Source: Candidatus Latescibacterota bacterium
Lineage (GTDB): Bacteria; Latescibacterota; UBA2968; UBA8231
NCBI GenBank assembly: GCA_965242865.1
Contig: CBDETK010000013.1
Span: 2,560,001 to 2,624,000 of the forward strand
DNA length: 64,000 nucleotides
Reading direction: 5' to 3'
Below the pieces are notes generated by a model. It did no database searches. It saw only the letters and a list, made by a program, of their open reading frames with translations, and was not told the origin of the DNA. Position numbers and translations under genes: made by a program. Every line of letters starts with the position of its first letter. Position 1 is the first letter of the stretch. Of this stretch, positions 9,043-17,842 are shown one piece after another.

Positions 9043-11775
9043 TCAATCCCGTGCGGCAAACAACTTTTGCAAGTGCTCACCTGTGTGAGAGCCGGCCGTG
9101 CGGGCCACTTCCTCGGGGCGGCCGCACGCCGTGATCGCCCCGCCCGCCTGCCCGCCTTCCGGCCCCAAGTCGATGACCCAGTCCGCGGCCGCAATGAATT
9201 CGAGGTGGTGTTCAACCACCACCACGGTATGGCCCTCGTCAACTAAGCGCTGCAAGAGCGCGAGCAGCAAGCGCACGTCCTCCAAGTGCAGGCCCACAGT
9301 CGGCTCGTCGAGTAGGTAGAGCGCGTGATCTGGGCGCGAGCGGCCCAGTTCGGCCGCCAGCTTAACCCGCTGGGCCTCGCCGCCGGAGAAACTAGTCGCC
9401 GGTTGGCCGAGGTGCAAATACCCCAAGCCCACTTCCGCGAGGGTCGCTAGCCGCTGCGCTACTGGGGGCACGGCCGCAAAAAACGCGCTCGCCGCGGCCA
9501 CGCTCATCTCCAGCACTTCGGCGATGTGGCGTTGGCGATAGCGCACGTCCAAGACCTCGGCGCGATAGCGTTGTCCACTGCAAGAGCGGCAGATGGCTTC
9601 GAGACCATGCACCCCGCGCCCCTTGCACAGGTCGCAGGCCCCCTCCGGGGCGTTGAAGCTGAAGTGCCCCGGGCGGTAGCCCCGCAGGCGAGCTTCGGGC
9701 AAATCGGCAAACAGGCGGCGAATCGGGGCCAGCAGCCCGGTGTAGGTGGCCGCATTTGAGCGGGCGGTGCGGCCGATGGGCCGCTGGTCAACCGCCACGA
9801 CGCGCGCGATCTGTTCGATCCCAGTGCAAGCGCTGTAGGGCAGGGGCCGCCGCTGGGCGCCGTGCAGTTTGGCCGCCAAGAGCGGATGCAGGGTGTGGCT
9901 GACCAGCGAGCTTTTGCCCGACCCGGAAACCCCGGTCACGCAGGTCAAGGTCCCCAGCGGCCATTGCACATCGAGTTGGCGCAAGTTGTGGCCGCCGGCA
10001 CCGGCCAGCGTCAACCACCCCTGCGGCCGACGCGCCCGGGTGCGCGGCAATTGCAGGGCCCCGCGCAGGTAGCGTCCGGTCAGGGACTCGGCCGCGGCCA
10101 CCTCGCTCGGGGGGCCCTCGGCCACGACCTGCCCACCGGCGATCCCCGCGCCCGGCCCCATATCGACCAGCCAGTCGGCCCCGCGCAAGAGCGCTGCGTC
10201 GTGTTCTATTAGGAATACGGAGTTCCCGGCGTCGCGCAGCGCCCGCAGCGCGTCCAAGGTCTGGGCCGCGTCGCGGGCGTGCAAACCAGCACTGGGTTCG
10301 TCGAGCACATAGAGCATCTGGGTGGTGCCCGACGACAGGGCGGCCCCGAGGCGCAGCCGCTGGAACTCGCCGCTCGACAAGGTGTCGGCGCGGCGGTTCA
10401 GTTGCAGGTACTCCAGCCCCAACTCTTGCAACAGGCTCAGCCGGCGGCCAATCTGGGCGCGGATGGCCTCGCCCATGGGGGCTTTAGCCCCGGGGAAATC
10501 GAGGTTTTTGAGCCACTCGGCCGCCGCGGCCACCGCGCACTCGCCGACCGCGGCAATCGACGCCCCGCCCAATTCCACCGCCAGGGATTCGGGCCGCAAC
10601 CGCGCTCCGCCACAGCGAGCGCACGGCGCGTCGTCGAGGCGTTCCTCCAGCCAAGTCAATTCCTCGCCTTGGGCTTTAGCGGCCGTGCGCTCCAGCCAAC
10701 GCGCCAGCCCGATAAACCGACCCCGCCGGCCCTCGCCGCGCCACAGTCGGTCGGCCGTTGGGCCGGCCCAGTCGCCCACGGGCTGTTCGGGATTGACCTG
10801 ATGCCGCCGGCAAAAGGCGTGCAGGCTGTCGCGCAACTCGCCGTGCCCAAAGTCGTGCCACAGCGGGCCCAGTGCCCCTTCGAGCGTGGCCCGGCCATCG
10901 GCGAAGACCTGCTCGTTGCTCAAGCCCCGCTGCACCCCAAGCCCGCGACAGGCCGCACAGGCTCCGGCCGCGCTATTAAAGGAAAACAGCGCGGGGTCTA
11001 GGGCCGGGAAGGGCGCGCCACAGGCCGCACACGCCGGTCGCACCGCAAAAACCAAATCGCTTTCGGCGTCTAGGGCCGAGAGCACCACTTGGCCGTCGCC
11101 GATCTCCAAGGCCGCTTGCAGCGAGCCCTGCAAACGGCGCGTGATGCCCCGTTTGACGACGAGGCGATCGACGACTATGGACAGGTGCTGGGCGCGGGCT
11201 AGGTGTGCGGGCGCGATTTCGTCTAGCAGCAGATCGCGGCCGTCGAGGCGCAGGTGGCGGTAGCCGGCGCGGTCGACCGCGGCGAGGACCTGCTCGGGCG
11301 TCTCGTCGTCCCGCGAGCGGCGCGGCGCGAGAATCATCAGGCGGGTCCCGTCGGGCATGCTCGCAGCCGCTTCGCTCGCTTCCTCAAAGCGGTGCGTCTG
11401 CACGCGCCCGCCGCAGCCGAGGCAACCGGGCCGACCCACGCGGGCAAAGAGCAGGCGCAAGAGATCGTACAGGCCGGATAGGGTCGCGACCGTGGCGCGC
11501 GGACTCGGGTGGCCGGCCCCCCCGGCCAGCGCGAGGGCCGGGGCCAAGCCGTCGATGCGCCCGACCTTGGGCACGCGCAATGCGCGCCAGCCGCCTTGGT
11601 CCAGCGCGGCGAGAAAGCGCCGGCGCGCCTCCGCGTAAATCGTGTCCAATACGAGGGAGGTCTTGCCCGAGCCGGACGGGCCGCTGACGGCCACGATGGA
11701 TTCGTGCGGCAGGTCCAAGCAGACGCTGCGCAGGTTGTGTTCGCAGGCTTCGCGGACGATTAAGGTCGGCTGCAT
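9043..11775 (-). CDS. uvrA: Excinuclease ABC subunit A (UvrA family, probably a divergent paralogue)
   Basis: Two ABC ATPase domains (GPSGSGKT, GVSGSGKS, SGGEAQRVKLA, LDEPTVGLH) and CxxC zinc fingers. Confidence 0.88.
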   Translation of the reverse strand: MQPTLIVREACEHNLRSVCLDLPHESIVAVSGPSGSGKTSLVLDTIYAEARRRFLAALDQGGWRALRVPKVGRIDGLAPALALAGGAGHPSPRATVATLSGLYDLLRLLFARVGRPGCLGCGGRVQTHRFEEASEAAASMPDGTRLMILAPRRSRDDETPEQVLAAVDRAGYRHLRLDGRDLLLDEIAPAHLARAQHLSIVVDRLVVKRGITRRLQGSLQAALEIGDGQVVLSALDAESDLVFAVRPACAACGAPFPALDPALFSFNSAAGACAACRGLGVQRGLSNEQVFADGRATLEGALGPLWHDFGHGELRDSLHAFCRRHQVNPEQPVGDWAGPTADRLWRGEGRRGRFIGLARWLERTAAKAQGEELTWLEERLDDAPCARCGGARLRPESLAVELGGASIAAVGECAVAAAAEWLKNLDFPGAKAPMGEAIRAQIGRRLSLLQELGLEYLQLNRRADTLSSGEFQRLRLGAALSSGTTQMLYVLDEPSAGLHARDAAQTLDALRALRDAGNSVFLIEHDAALLRGADWLVDMGPGAGIAGGQVVAEGPPSEVAAAESLTGRYLRGALQLPRTRARRPQGWLTLAGAGGHNLRQLDVQWPLGTLTCVTGVSGSGKSSLVSHTLHPLLAAKLHGAQRRPLPYSACTGIEQIARVVAVDQRPIGRTARSNAATYTGLLAPIRRLFADLPEARLRGYRPGHFSFNAPEGACDLCKGRGVHGLEAICRSCSGQRYRAEVLDVRYRQRHIAEVLEMSVAAASAFFAAVPPVAQRLATLAEVGLGYLHLGQPATSFSGGEAQRVKLAAELGRSRPDHALYLLDEPTVGLHLEDVRLLLALLQRLVDEGHTVVVVEHHLEFIAAADWVIDLGPEGGQAGGAITACGRPEEVARTAGSHTGEHLQKLFAARD

Positions 11776-11869
11776 CGCGCTCGCCTATTCGCGCATTGTA
11801 AGAAAAACATGGGTGCATAAAGCATAGGGATTGGGTGTTGTACACTCCAAGAAGCAGCCCGGCACTACA

Positions 11870-11898
11870 TTGACGCTAAACCCCTTTGTATGTATATT
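11870..11898 (+). promoter_or_regulatory. Sigma70-type promoter for the TolC-MMPL operon
   Basis: TTGACG-17bp-TATATT in an AT-rich intergenic region. Confidence 0.65.
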
Positions 11899-11990
11899 AA
11901 CTTAACTATTTTTAATAAGTTATAAAAATGTACGGACCCGCGTTATCGCCGCGAATTCCGCCTCTTCCGCCGCTGAGATTTCCCACTGGC

Positions 11991-13355
11991 ATGCAAATTT
12001 GCGCTCCCTTGTGGCTAGGGGTTTGGGGCCTCGCCATCTGCTGGCCCGCCCTGCCCGCCCGCGCCCAAATGCCCGCCGAGCCCTGGACGCTAGCGGCGCT
12101 CATCGACCGCGCCTTAGACCACGACGCCGACATTGCGAGCCGCCGCTGGAAGGTCGAGTCGGCCGCGGCCCGCCGCCGCCAAGCGACAGCCGCCAAAATC
12201 CTCCCCCGCCTGCGCCTCGACAGCGAAAGCGGCCTAGTCCCAGATGCGATGGGCAATGTATTCAACCCGCCCGCCGACACCACCGGGATCCCCTCCTTGG
12301 GGCCGTTTGTGCGCGCCGAGCTGCAATTTGTGCAGCCGCTCTACCCCTTTAGCCTCGGCCGCCACCTCGACGAGGCCGCCACCCGAGGCGTGGAGGTGGA
12401 GCAGTCCGAGCTGTCGCAGACCCAGTTGGACGTGGCCTTTGCCGTCAAGGAGCTGTACTACGGGCTGCTGTTGGCCCAAGACCTAAACGCCTTGGCCCAG
12501 CGCGTCAGCGACGAACTCGACCGCAGGGTTGAGGAGTTAGACGACGCCCCCGCGCTTTCGCTGTCCGACCGCTACAAGCTGCGGTTGGCCCAGCTCGACT
12601 TGGACGAGCAGCAGCGCGAGGTCCGCGACCAATTGGCCTTGGCGCGGGCGGCTCTCGCTTGGCGCACGGGCCTGCCCCGCGACGCGCCTCTTTTGCTCCG
12701 GGCCGAAGGACTCGCGCCGGTAGCGGCCTCGGTGCCGCCCTTAGACGAGCTGGCGGCACAGGCCCTCGGCCAGCGACCGGAGTGGCGCAAGCTGCAAGCT
12801 GGCCTCGCCGCCAAGCAGGCCCTCGCGCAAGCGGCCCGCGCCGCGTACCAGCCCCAAGTATTCATCGGCGGCGGCTTGCGCTATGCCGCAGCCCCTGGGC
12901 GCACTGACCAGCGGAACCCATTTGTCAAAGATGAGTTCAACTTTTTTAACGGCGGCGTCTTTATCGGCGTGCGGCAATCCTTGGAATGGCACTTGTTGGC
13001 CGCAGATTTGGCTCGGGCCCGCGCTGAATACCGTGCGCTCGAAGTGCGCGTACCGGGCGCTGAGGAGGGGATCCGCTTAGATGTCCACCGCGCCTATTTG
13101 GCCTATCGCCGCGCCGACCGCGACTTGCAAGGGGCGCGCCAGAGCCGACAACTGGCCCGGCAGTGGCTGCGAGAAGCCCGAGACGATTTTGAGTTCGATC
13201 CCCAGACCATCGGCGCCTTGATCGCCGCCTTTGAGACTTGGGCCCGCCGCGAGCAAGGCTACGGCGAAGCCCTATACGACTTTAACATCAGCGTCGCGCG
13301 CCTCGAAAAAGCCACGGGCGGTCTCGAATTGATTCCACGCGATGAAACTCCTTAG
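11991..13355 (+). CDS. TolC family outer membrane protein
   Basis: Signal peptide, LTL..LI..AL start, VKELYYGLLLAQ, C-terminal A.YDFN...ARLEKATG; alternative start 11928. Confidence 0.85.
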   Translation: MQICAPLWLGVWGLAICWPALPARAQMPAEPWTLAALIDRALDHDADIASRRWKVESAAARRRQATAAKILPRLRLDSESGLVPDAMGNVFNPPADTTGIPSLGPFVRAELQFVQPLYPFSLGRHLDEAATRGVEVEQSELSQTQLDVAFAVKELYYGLLLAQDLNALAQRVSDELDRRVEELDDAPALSLSDRYKLRLAQLDLDEQQREVRDQLALARAALAWRTGLPRDAPLLLRAEGLAPVAASVPPLDELAAQALGQRPEWRKLQAGLAAKQALAQAARAAYQPQVFIGGGLRYAAAPGRTDQRNPFVKDEFNFFNGGVFIGVRQSLEWHLLAADLARARAEYRALEVRVPGAEEGIRLDVHRAYLAYRRADRDLQGARQSRQLARQWLREARDDFEFDPQTIGALIAAFETWARREQGYGEALYDFNISVARLEKATGGLELIPRDETP

Positions 13356-14625
13356 CACGGTCCTGCTCCTGCTGTTGGCGTTGGCCAGCCGCGGCGTCAG
13401 CGGGGCCGATGTACCTTGGGCGACGGACGCTGTGGCACGGCTGAACGCGCTGCTCGCGTCGCCCAACCGCGAGTGCGCCGACTGGGCCGACCGCCTAGTG
13501 AGCGAGCGCTTGGCCGTGGACGAGTTCGCCGCGGCGACTTTTAGCGACTATCCCGAAAAATCGCTGGACGCATACCGGAGCCTGCTACCCAGTCCGCGCT
13601 TTACCCACCTCGTTGAGCACTATCGCAGCCGCCTCAGTAGGGCCTACCAGCACCGCCTCCGCGCCGACTTGGCCGCCCAGCTCGCTTCCCCGGCTTTGCG
13701 CGGCTTGCGCTTGGATACCCTCAAAGTGAATGGCCCGCGGGCTCGGGCGCAGCTTCGCGCGGTATTTGACGCTCGCTCGCTCGGGGTGGAGGTCGATTTG
13801 ATTTTTGCAAACCAAACTTGGAAAATCGCCGCGCTGAAGATCGATGGCCAGTCCGTTGCCAGCCACTATCGGCGGCGTTACCAGCCGCTGATCGACCGCG
13901 GCCATTCGCCGCCGGTGCTGGAAGCCCAGCTCGCCGAGCGCGAGTTTGTCGTCCTCGAGGACTTCGCCGCTACGTGGGACGAGTCGCAGCCGCTGGAGTG
14001 GGGGCCGTGGAAGAAAAAGGACCGCCACAAACCCGTGCTCTATCGCGTAGAGGGCCGCCCGCGGCGCTACATGGCCGCCCGCGATTCGAGCCATTCGGTC
14101 ATTGTGGGAAAATTTGCCCACTGGAATCCGCGCCAGTACCCGATTATGACTTGGTGCTGGCGAGCCGCGGCCTTGCCGCTGGGCGGCAACGAGTTCCTCG
14201 ACGACGCCAACGACAGCGCGGCCGGCGTGTACGTCATCTTCTCCAAAAACTGGCTGGGGGTTCCCAAACAGCTCAAATACGTGTGGAGCACGACCTTGCC
14301 CGAAGGCACGGTGGGGCGGCGCGACAAGATATTCCGGCCTTGGTTCTTCGTCGTCGAAAGCGGCGCGACCAACTTGGGCAAATGGACCTTTGAAGTGGTT
14401 GACTTGGAAAAGCACCACCGAGAAAAGCTCGGCGGCCGCCCGGCCGGGCGCACCATTGGCCTAGGGCTGCTGACAGACGCCAACTCGACCCGTTCGTACG
14501 CAGAAGCGCACTACGCCGATCTGCGAGTGTGGACGCGCCAAGCCTTTGACGGCGGCCGCGTGGTCAACTACTGCGGTGGCCTGCCCGGCCTCAACGGCGC
14601 GTACCCAGCGGAGAATTCACAATGA
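13342..14625 (+). CDS. MlaC-like N-terminal domain fused to DUF3047 domain
   Basis: WKIAALKIDGQSVASHYR (MlaC-like); YPIMTWCWR...NDSAAGVYVIF...LKYVWS...LLTDANST (DUF3047-like). Confidence 0.7.
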   Translation: MKLLSTVLLLLLALASRGVSGADVPWATDAVARLNALLASPNRECADWADRLVSERLAVDEFAAATFSDYPEKSLDAYRSLLPSPRFTHLVEHYRSRLSRAYQHRLRADLAAQLASPALRGLRLDTLKVNGPRARAQLRAVFDARSLGVEVDLIFANQTWKIAALKIDGQSVASHYRRRYQPLIDRGHSPPVLEAQLAEREFVVLEDFAATWDESQPLEWGPWKKKDRHKPVLYRVEGRPRRYMAARDSSHSVIVGKFAHWNPRQYPIMTWCWRAAALPLGGNEFLDDANDSAAGVYVIFSKNWLGVPKQLKYVWSTTLPEGTVGRRDKIFRPWFFVVESGATNLGKWTFEVVDLEKHHREKLGGRPAGRTIGLGLLTDANSTRSYAEAHYADLRVWTRQAFDGGRVVNYCGGLPGLNGAYPAENSQ

Positions 14626-15215
14626 AAACGACATGGTGCGCCCTCTGGGCGCTGGCCGCGACCTGCGCGGCCGCCGCGGACGACCCCATCGCCTTCCTCA
14701 AAAGCCACGACGCCGAGGTGCAAGCCATCCTCGCGACCGCACCGGCCGACTCGCTGCCCCCGGCTATGCGGGAAGAACTCAAAAAGCACATCAATGCGGC
14801 CTTTGACTTTCGGGAATTGAGCCGCCTCGCCTTGGGCGAGCACTGGGAAAAACGCTCCCCAGAAGAGCGCGCCCACTTTGCCGCAACCTTCAGCAGCATC
14901 ATCCGCGAGCAGAATTTTGCCAGCTTCTCCCGCTACTACCGAGAGGGCGAGATCCGCTACGAGTCGGCCGAGGTGCAAAAAGACGCCGCGGTCGTCCACG
15001 CGCTGGCGCCGGTGCGGCGCGAGCAAATAGCAATCGAGTACAAGCTCCATCGGGTGGAAGGGGTGTGGCGGATATACGACTTGGTCATCGACGGCGTCAG
15101 CACGGCCGAGGGCAACCGGCGGCGCTATGCCCGCTACATCGAAAAAAACGGCTACGAAAAGCTAATCGCCCAGCTCGACAAGCAGTTGGCCCGCCTGCGC
15201 CAAACCCGGGATTGA
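14622..15215 (+). CDS. MlaC/Ttg2D (HpnM-like) periplasmic lipid-binding protein
   Basis: FDFRELSRLALGEHW and WRIYDLVIDGVS motifs. Confidence 0.88.
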   Translation: MKTTWCALWALAATCAAAADDPIAFLKSHDAEVQAILATAPADSLPPAMREELKKHINAAFDFRELSRLALGEHWEKRSPEERAHFAATFSSIIREQNFASFSRYYREGEIRYESAEVQKDAAVVHALAPVRREQIAIEYKLHRVEGVWRIYDLVIDGVSTAEGNRRRYARYIEKNGYEKLIAQLDKQLARLRQTRD

Positions 15216-15224
15216 GCCGCCGCC

Positions 15225-17612
15225 ATGCCCATAAGTCACCAGCGCTTGGTCCGCTACATCTACCACCATTACATCGGCATCATCGCGCTGGCCACGATCC
15301 TGTCGGTATTTGCCGGGTTTTTCGCCGCCAAGCTGGCCGCCAACATCAAGACCGACTTCGCCGACCTCCTGTCCGACGAGTACGTCAGCGTTAGCGAACT
15401 CAACCGCATCAAGGCCCGCATCGGCGGCATCGGCCCGCTGATGGTCGTCATTACCAGCGACGACTTAGGAGCGGCCGTTTCCTTCATGCAGGTCTTGGCC
15501 GATTCGCTCGAATCCAGCCCGCTGATCAGCTCGGTGAGCCGCTTTGACAGCAAAAAGGAGCTCCTCGATAAAAACCGGCTCCTCTACATGGACTTAGCGG
15601 ACCTGCGCGAGATCAACCGCCGCCTCGACGATCACATAGCACTGCAAAAGCTCAAGCAGTCGCCGCTCTACTTCGCCTTGGACGACGAGGAAGAACAAGG
15701 GCTCGACTTTGCGGACATTGAGGCCAAGTACCAGCGGGACGGTGCGGCGGTCGCAGAGCCATATCGCCGCTACGTCCTCACGCGCGAGGGCAACGGCGTC
15801 ATTCTTCGGCTCTATCCGGCCGGACTCACCACGGACGTCGCCTTCTCGCGCGCCCTGATCGACCACCTCGACCAGACCATTGCCGCCATTGGCCCGGAGC
15901 GTTTCCACCCCAGCATCGAATGCGTGTACAAGGGCAGTTTCCAAAACAGCGCCAACCAATTCGCGATCATTGTGCGCGACCTCAAGTCAACGGCCCTGTA
16001 CAGCATCGTCGGTGTGCTCCTGCTCATCACGCTGTTCTTCCGCCAAGTGGTGGGGTCGCTCTTCATCACCTTGCCGTTGCTGATGAGCTTGACTTGGACT
16101 TTTGGCGTCACCTACTTGGCCATCGGCAGCCTCAACATGATCACCGTGGGGCTGTTCGCCATCCTCTTTGGGCTGGGCATTGACTTTGGCATTCACATTT
16201 TCGCCCGCTACCGAGAGGCCCGCCGGCGAGGCATGGACATTGAACAGGCCCTGAGCGTGACCGTCAGACACACGGGCAAAGCCCTTTCGACGACCGCGTT
16301 TACGACCTCGGTGGCCTTTTATTCGCTGCTGCTGACGGATTTTAAGGGCTTTTCGGAGTTTGGCTTTATCGTGGGCACGGGCATCCTGTTCTCGCTGGTG
16401 GCCATGGTCGCGATATGCCCGGCCTTTATCGTCCTCGCCGAGCGCCTGCGCTGGGTCATCCCGATCCGCAAGCGCAGCGTCCTGTGGCGCACCGGGCGCT
16501 ATCCCAAGCCTTGGGCCACCTTGCTGGTGGGCGCGGCGATCACCGGGTACTCGCTGTACTACTTCGGCGATTTGGAATTTGAATACGACTTCAGCAAGCT
16601 CAAGCCCAAGCCGCCGCCCAACATCAACAAGGGCAGCCTGCCCCAGAGCCTGAAGGAAGGCCGCTCGCCGGCCATCGTCTTGACCGAAAGCTACGACGAG
16701 GCCATGGAGGTGGTTCGCACGGTCGAGCGCATCAAGGCCGCCCACGGGGACTCCTCCACGGTCCTCAACGTCAAGAGCGTGTACTCGGCCCTGCCGCAAG
16801 CCCAAGACGCCAAGCTGGCCCTCATCGCCGACATGCGCGCCTTGCTCGACCGGGAGGAGGGCCTGTTCAGCAAGCGCGAGCGCGCTAAACTGGATTCGCT
16901 GCGCCCTTACCTCGACGTGGAGAAGCTAACGCTCTACGACCTGCCGGCCGACTTGACCAACGAGTTCAAGGACAAGGACGGCCGCATTCTCAACTTCGTG
17001 GCGATCAACGCCGCGGTCGAGCTCAAGGACGGAAAAGACGCCATCCGCTTTGCCGAGGAAATCAGCCGCATTGAAACGCCGACTGGCACGACCTACATCG
17101 CCTCTAGCTCGCACATCATCGTCGCCGAAATGCTCAAGGTCATGCTCAAAGACAGTTCCCTCGCGGTGATCCTCACGCTGGCGGTGGTCGCGGTGGTGCT
17201 GCTCATCGATCTGCGGAGCTTCGTCGATACCCTGCTGGTGCTCACGCCGCTCGTGAACGCCTTGGTGTGGGTCGTGGGCTTCATGTACGCGTTTGACATC
17301 AAGCTCAATCTTTACAACATGGTGGCCTTTCCGACCATTATCGGCATGGGCATTGACAACAGCGTCCACATCTTCCACCGCTACCAAGAAGTCGGGCGCG
17401 GCTCGCTGCGCTTGGTGTTGCGCACCACCGGCGTCGCACTCTTGGCCACGTCCCTGACGACGATGGTCGGCTTTTCGGGGTTGGTGCCGGCCATCCACCC
17501 GGCGCTCACGTCGATTGGGGTGCTCTCGCTGGTGGGCTTGGGGTCTTGTTTTATCACCTCGGTCACCCTGCTGCCGGCCCTGTTGCAAATCCGCGAGGGC
17601 CGCGCTTCCTAA
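15225..17612 (+). CDS. MMPL/RND family transporter (HpnN-like)
   Basis: Two TM bundles with GLGIDFGIH and GMGIDNSVH motifs. Confidence 0.88.
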   Translation: MPISHQRLVRYIYHHYIGIIALATILSVFAGFFAAKLAANIKTDFADLLSDEYVSVSELNRIKARIGGIGPLMVVITSDDLGAAVSFMQVLADSLESSPLISSVSRFDSKKELLDKNRLLYMDLADLREINRRLDDHIALQKLKQSPLYFALDDEEEQGLDFADIEAKYQRDGAAVAEPYRRYVLTREGNGVILRLYPAGLTTDVAFSRALIDHLDQTIAAIGPERFHPSIECVYKGSFQNSANQFAIIVRDLKSTALYSIVGVLLLITLFFRQVVGSLFITLPLLMSLTWTFGVTYLAIGSLNMITVGLFAILFGLGIDFGIHIFARYREARRRGMDIEQALSVTVRHTGKALSTTAFTTSVAFYSLLLTDFKGFSEFGFIVGTGILFSLVAMVAICPAFIVLAERLRWVIPIRKRSVLWRTGRYPKPWATLLVGAAITGYSLYYFGDLEFEYDFSKLKPKPPPNINKGSLPQSLKEGRSPAIVLTESYDEAMEVVRTVERIKAAHGDSSTVLNVKSVYSALPQAQDAKLALIADMRALLDREEGLFSKRERAKLDSLRPYLDVEKLTLYDLPADLTNEFKDKDGRILNFVAINAAVELKDGKDAIRFAEEISRIETPTGTTYIASSSHIIVAEMLKVMLKDSSLAVILTLAVVAVVLLIDLRSFVDTLLVLTPLVNALVWVVGFMYAFDIKLNLYNMVAFPTIIGMGIDNSVHIFHRYQEVGRGSLRLVLRTTGVALLATSLTTMVGFSGLVPAIHPALTSIGVLSLVGLGSCFITSVTLLPALLQIREGRAS

Positions 17613-17629
17613 CGAAAATTGGGCCGCAA

Positions 17630-17663
17630 AAAAGGCCGATCCGCGACAACGGACCGGCCTTTT
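17630..17663. terminator. Bidirectional intrinsic terminator
   Basis: AAAAGGCCG-ATCCG..CGGA-CCGGCCTTTT hairpin between the convergent MMPL gene and tRNA. Confidence 0.7.
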
Positions 17664-17703
17664 CCCCAGAGGGCCTTGCGCTATATTTTGGTAAGCTAAA
17701 AAA

Positions 17704-17779
17704 TGGAGCGAGAGACGGGACTCGAACCCGCGACAACCACGTTGGCAACGTGGAGCTCTACCAACTGAGCTACTCTCGC
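17704..17779 (-). tRNA. tRNA-Gly (GCC)
   Basis: Reverse complement GCGAGAGTAGCTCAGTTGGTAGAGCTCCACGTTGCCAACGTGGTTGTCGCGGGTTCGAGTCCCGTCTCTCGCTCCA; 76 nt, cloverleaf, CCA end. Confidence 0.97.
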
Positions 17780-17813
17780 TCGACACTCGAAAACTACTCG
17801 CTATGGGAGGAAA

Positions 17814-17842
17814 AATATAACGATGCCCCGAATAAGCGTCAA
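17814..17842 (-). promoter_or_regulatory. Promoter of tRNA-Gly
   Basis: Minus-strand TTGACG-17bp-TATATT about 35 nt upstream of the tRNA. Confidence 0.65.

Noticed and set aside
17704-17779. tRNA-Gly as integration site of an island
   Set aside because: No duplicated tRNA 3' end or integrase is seen, and both flanks look like backbone.
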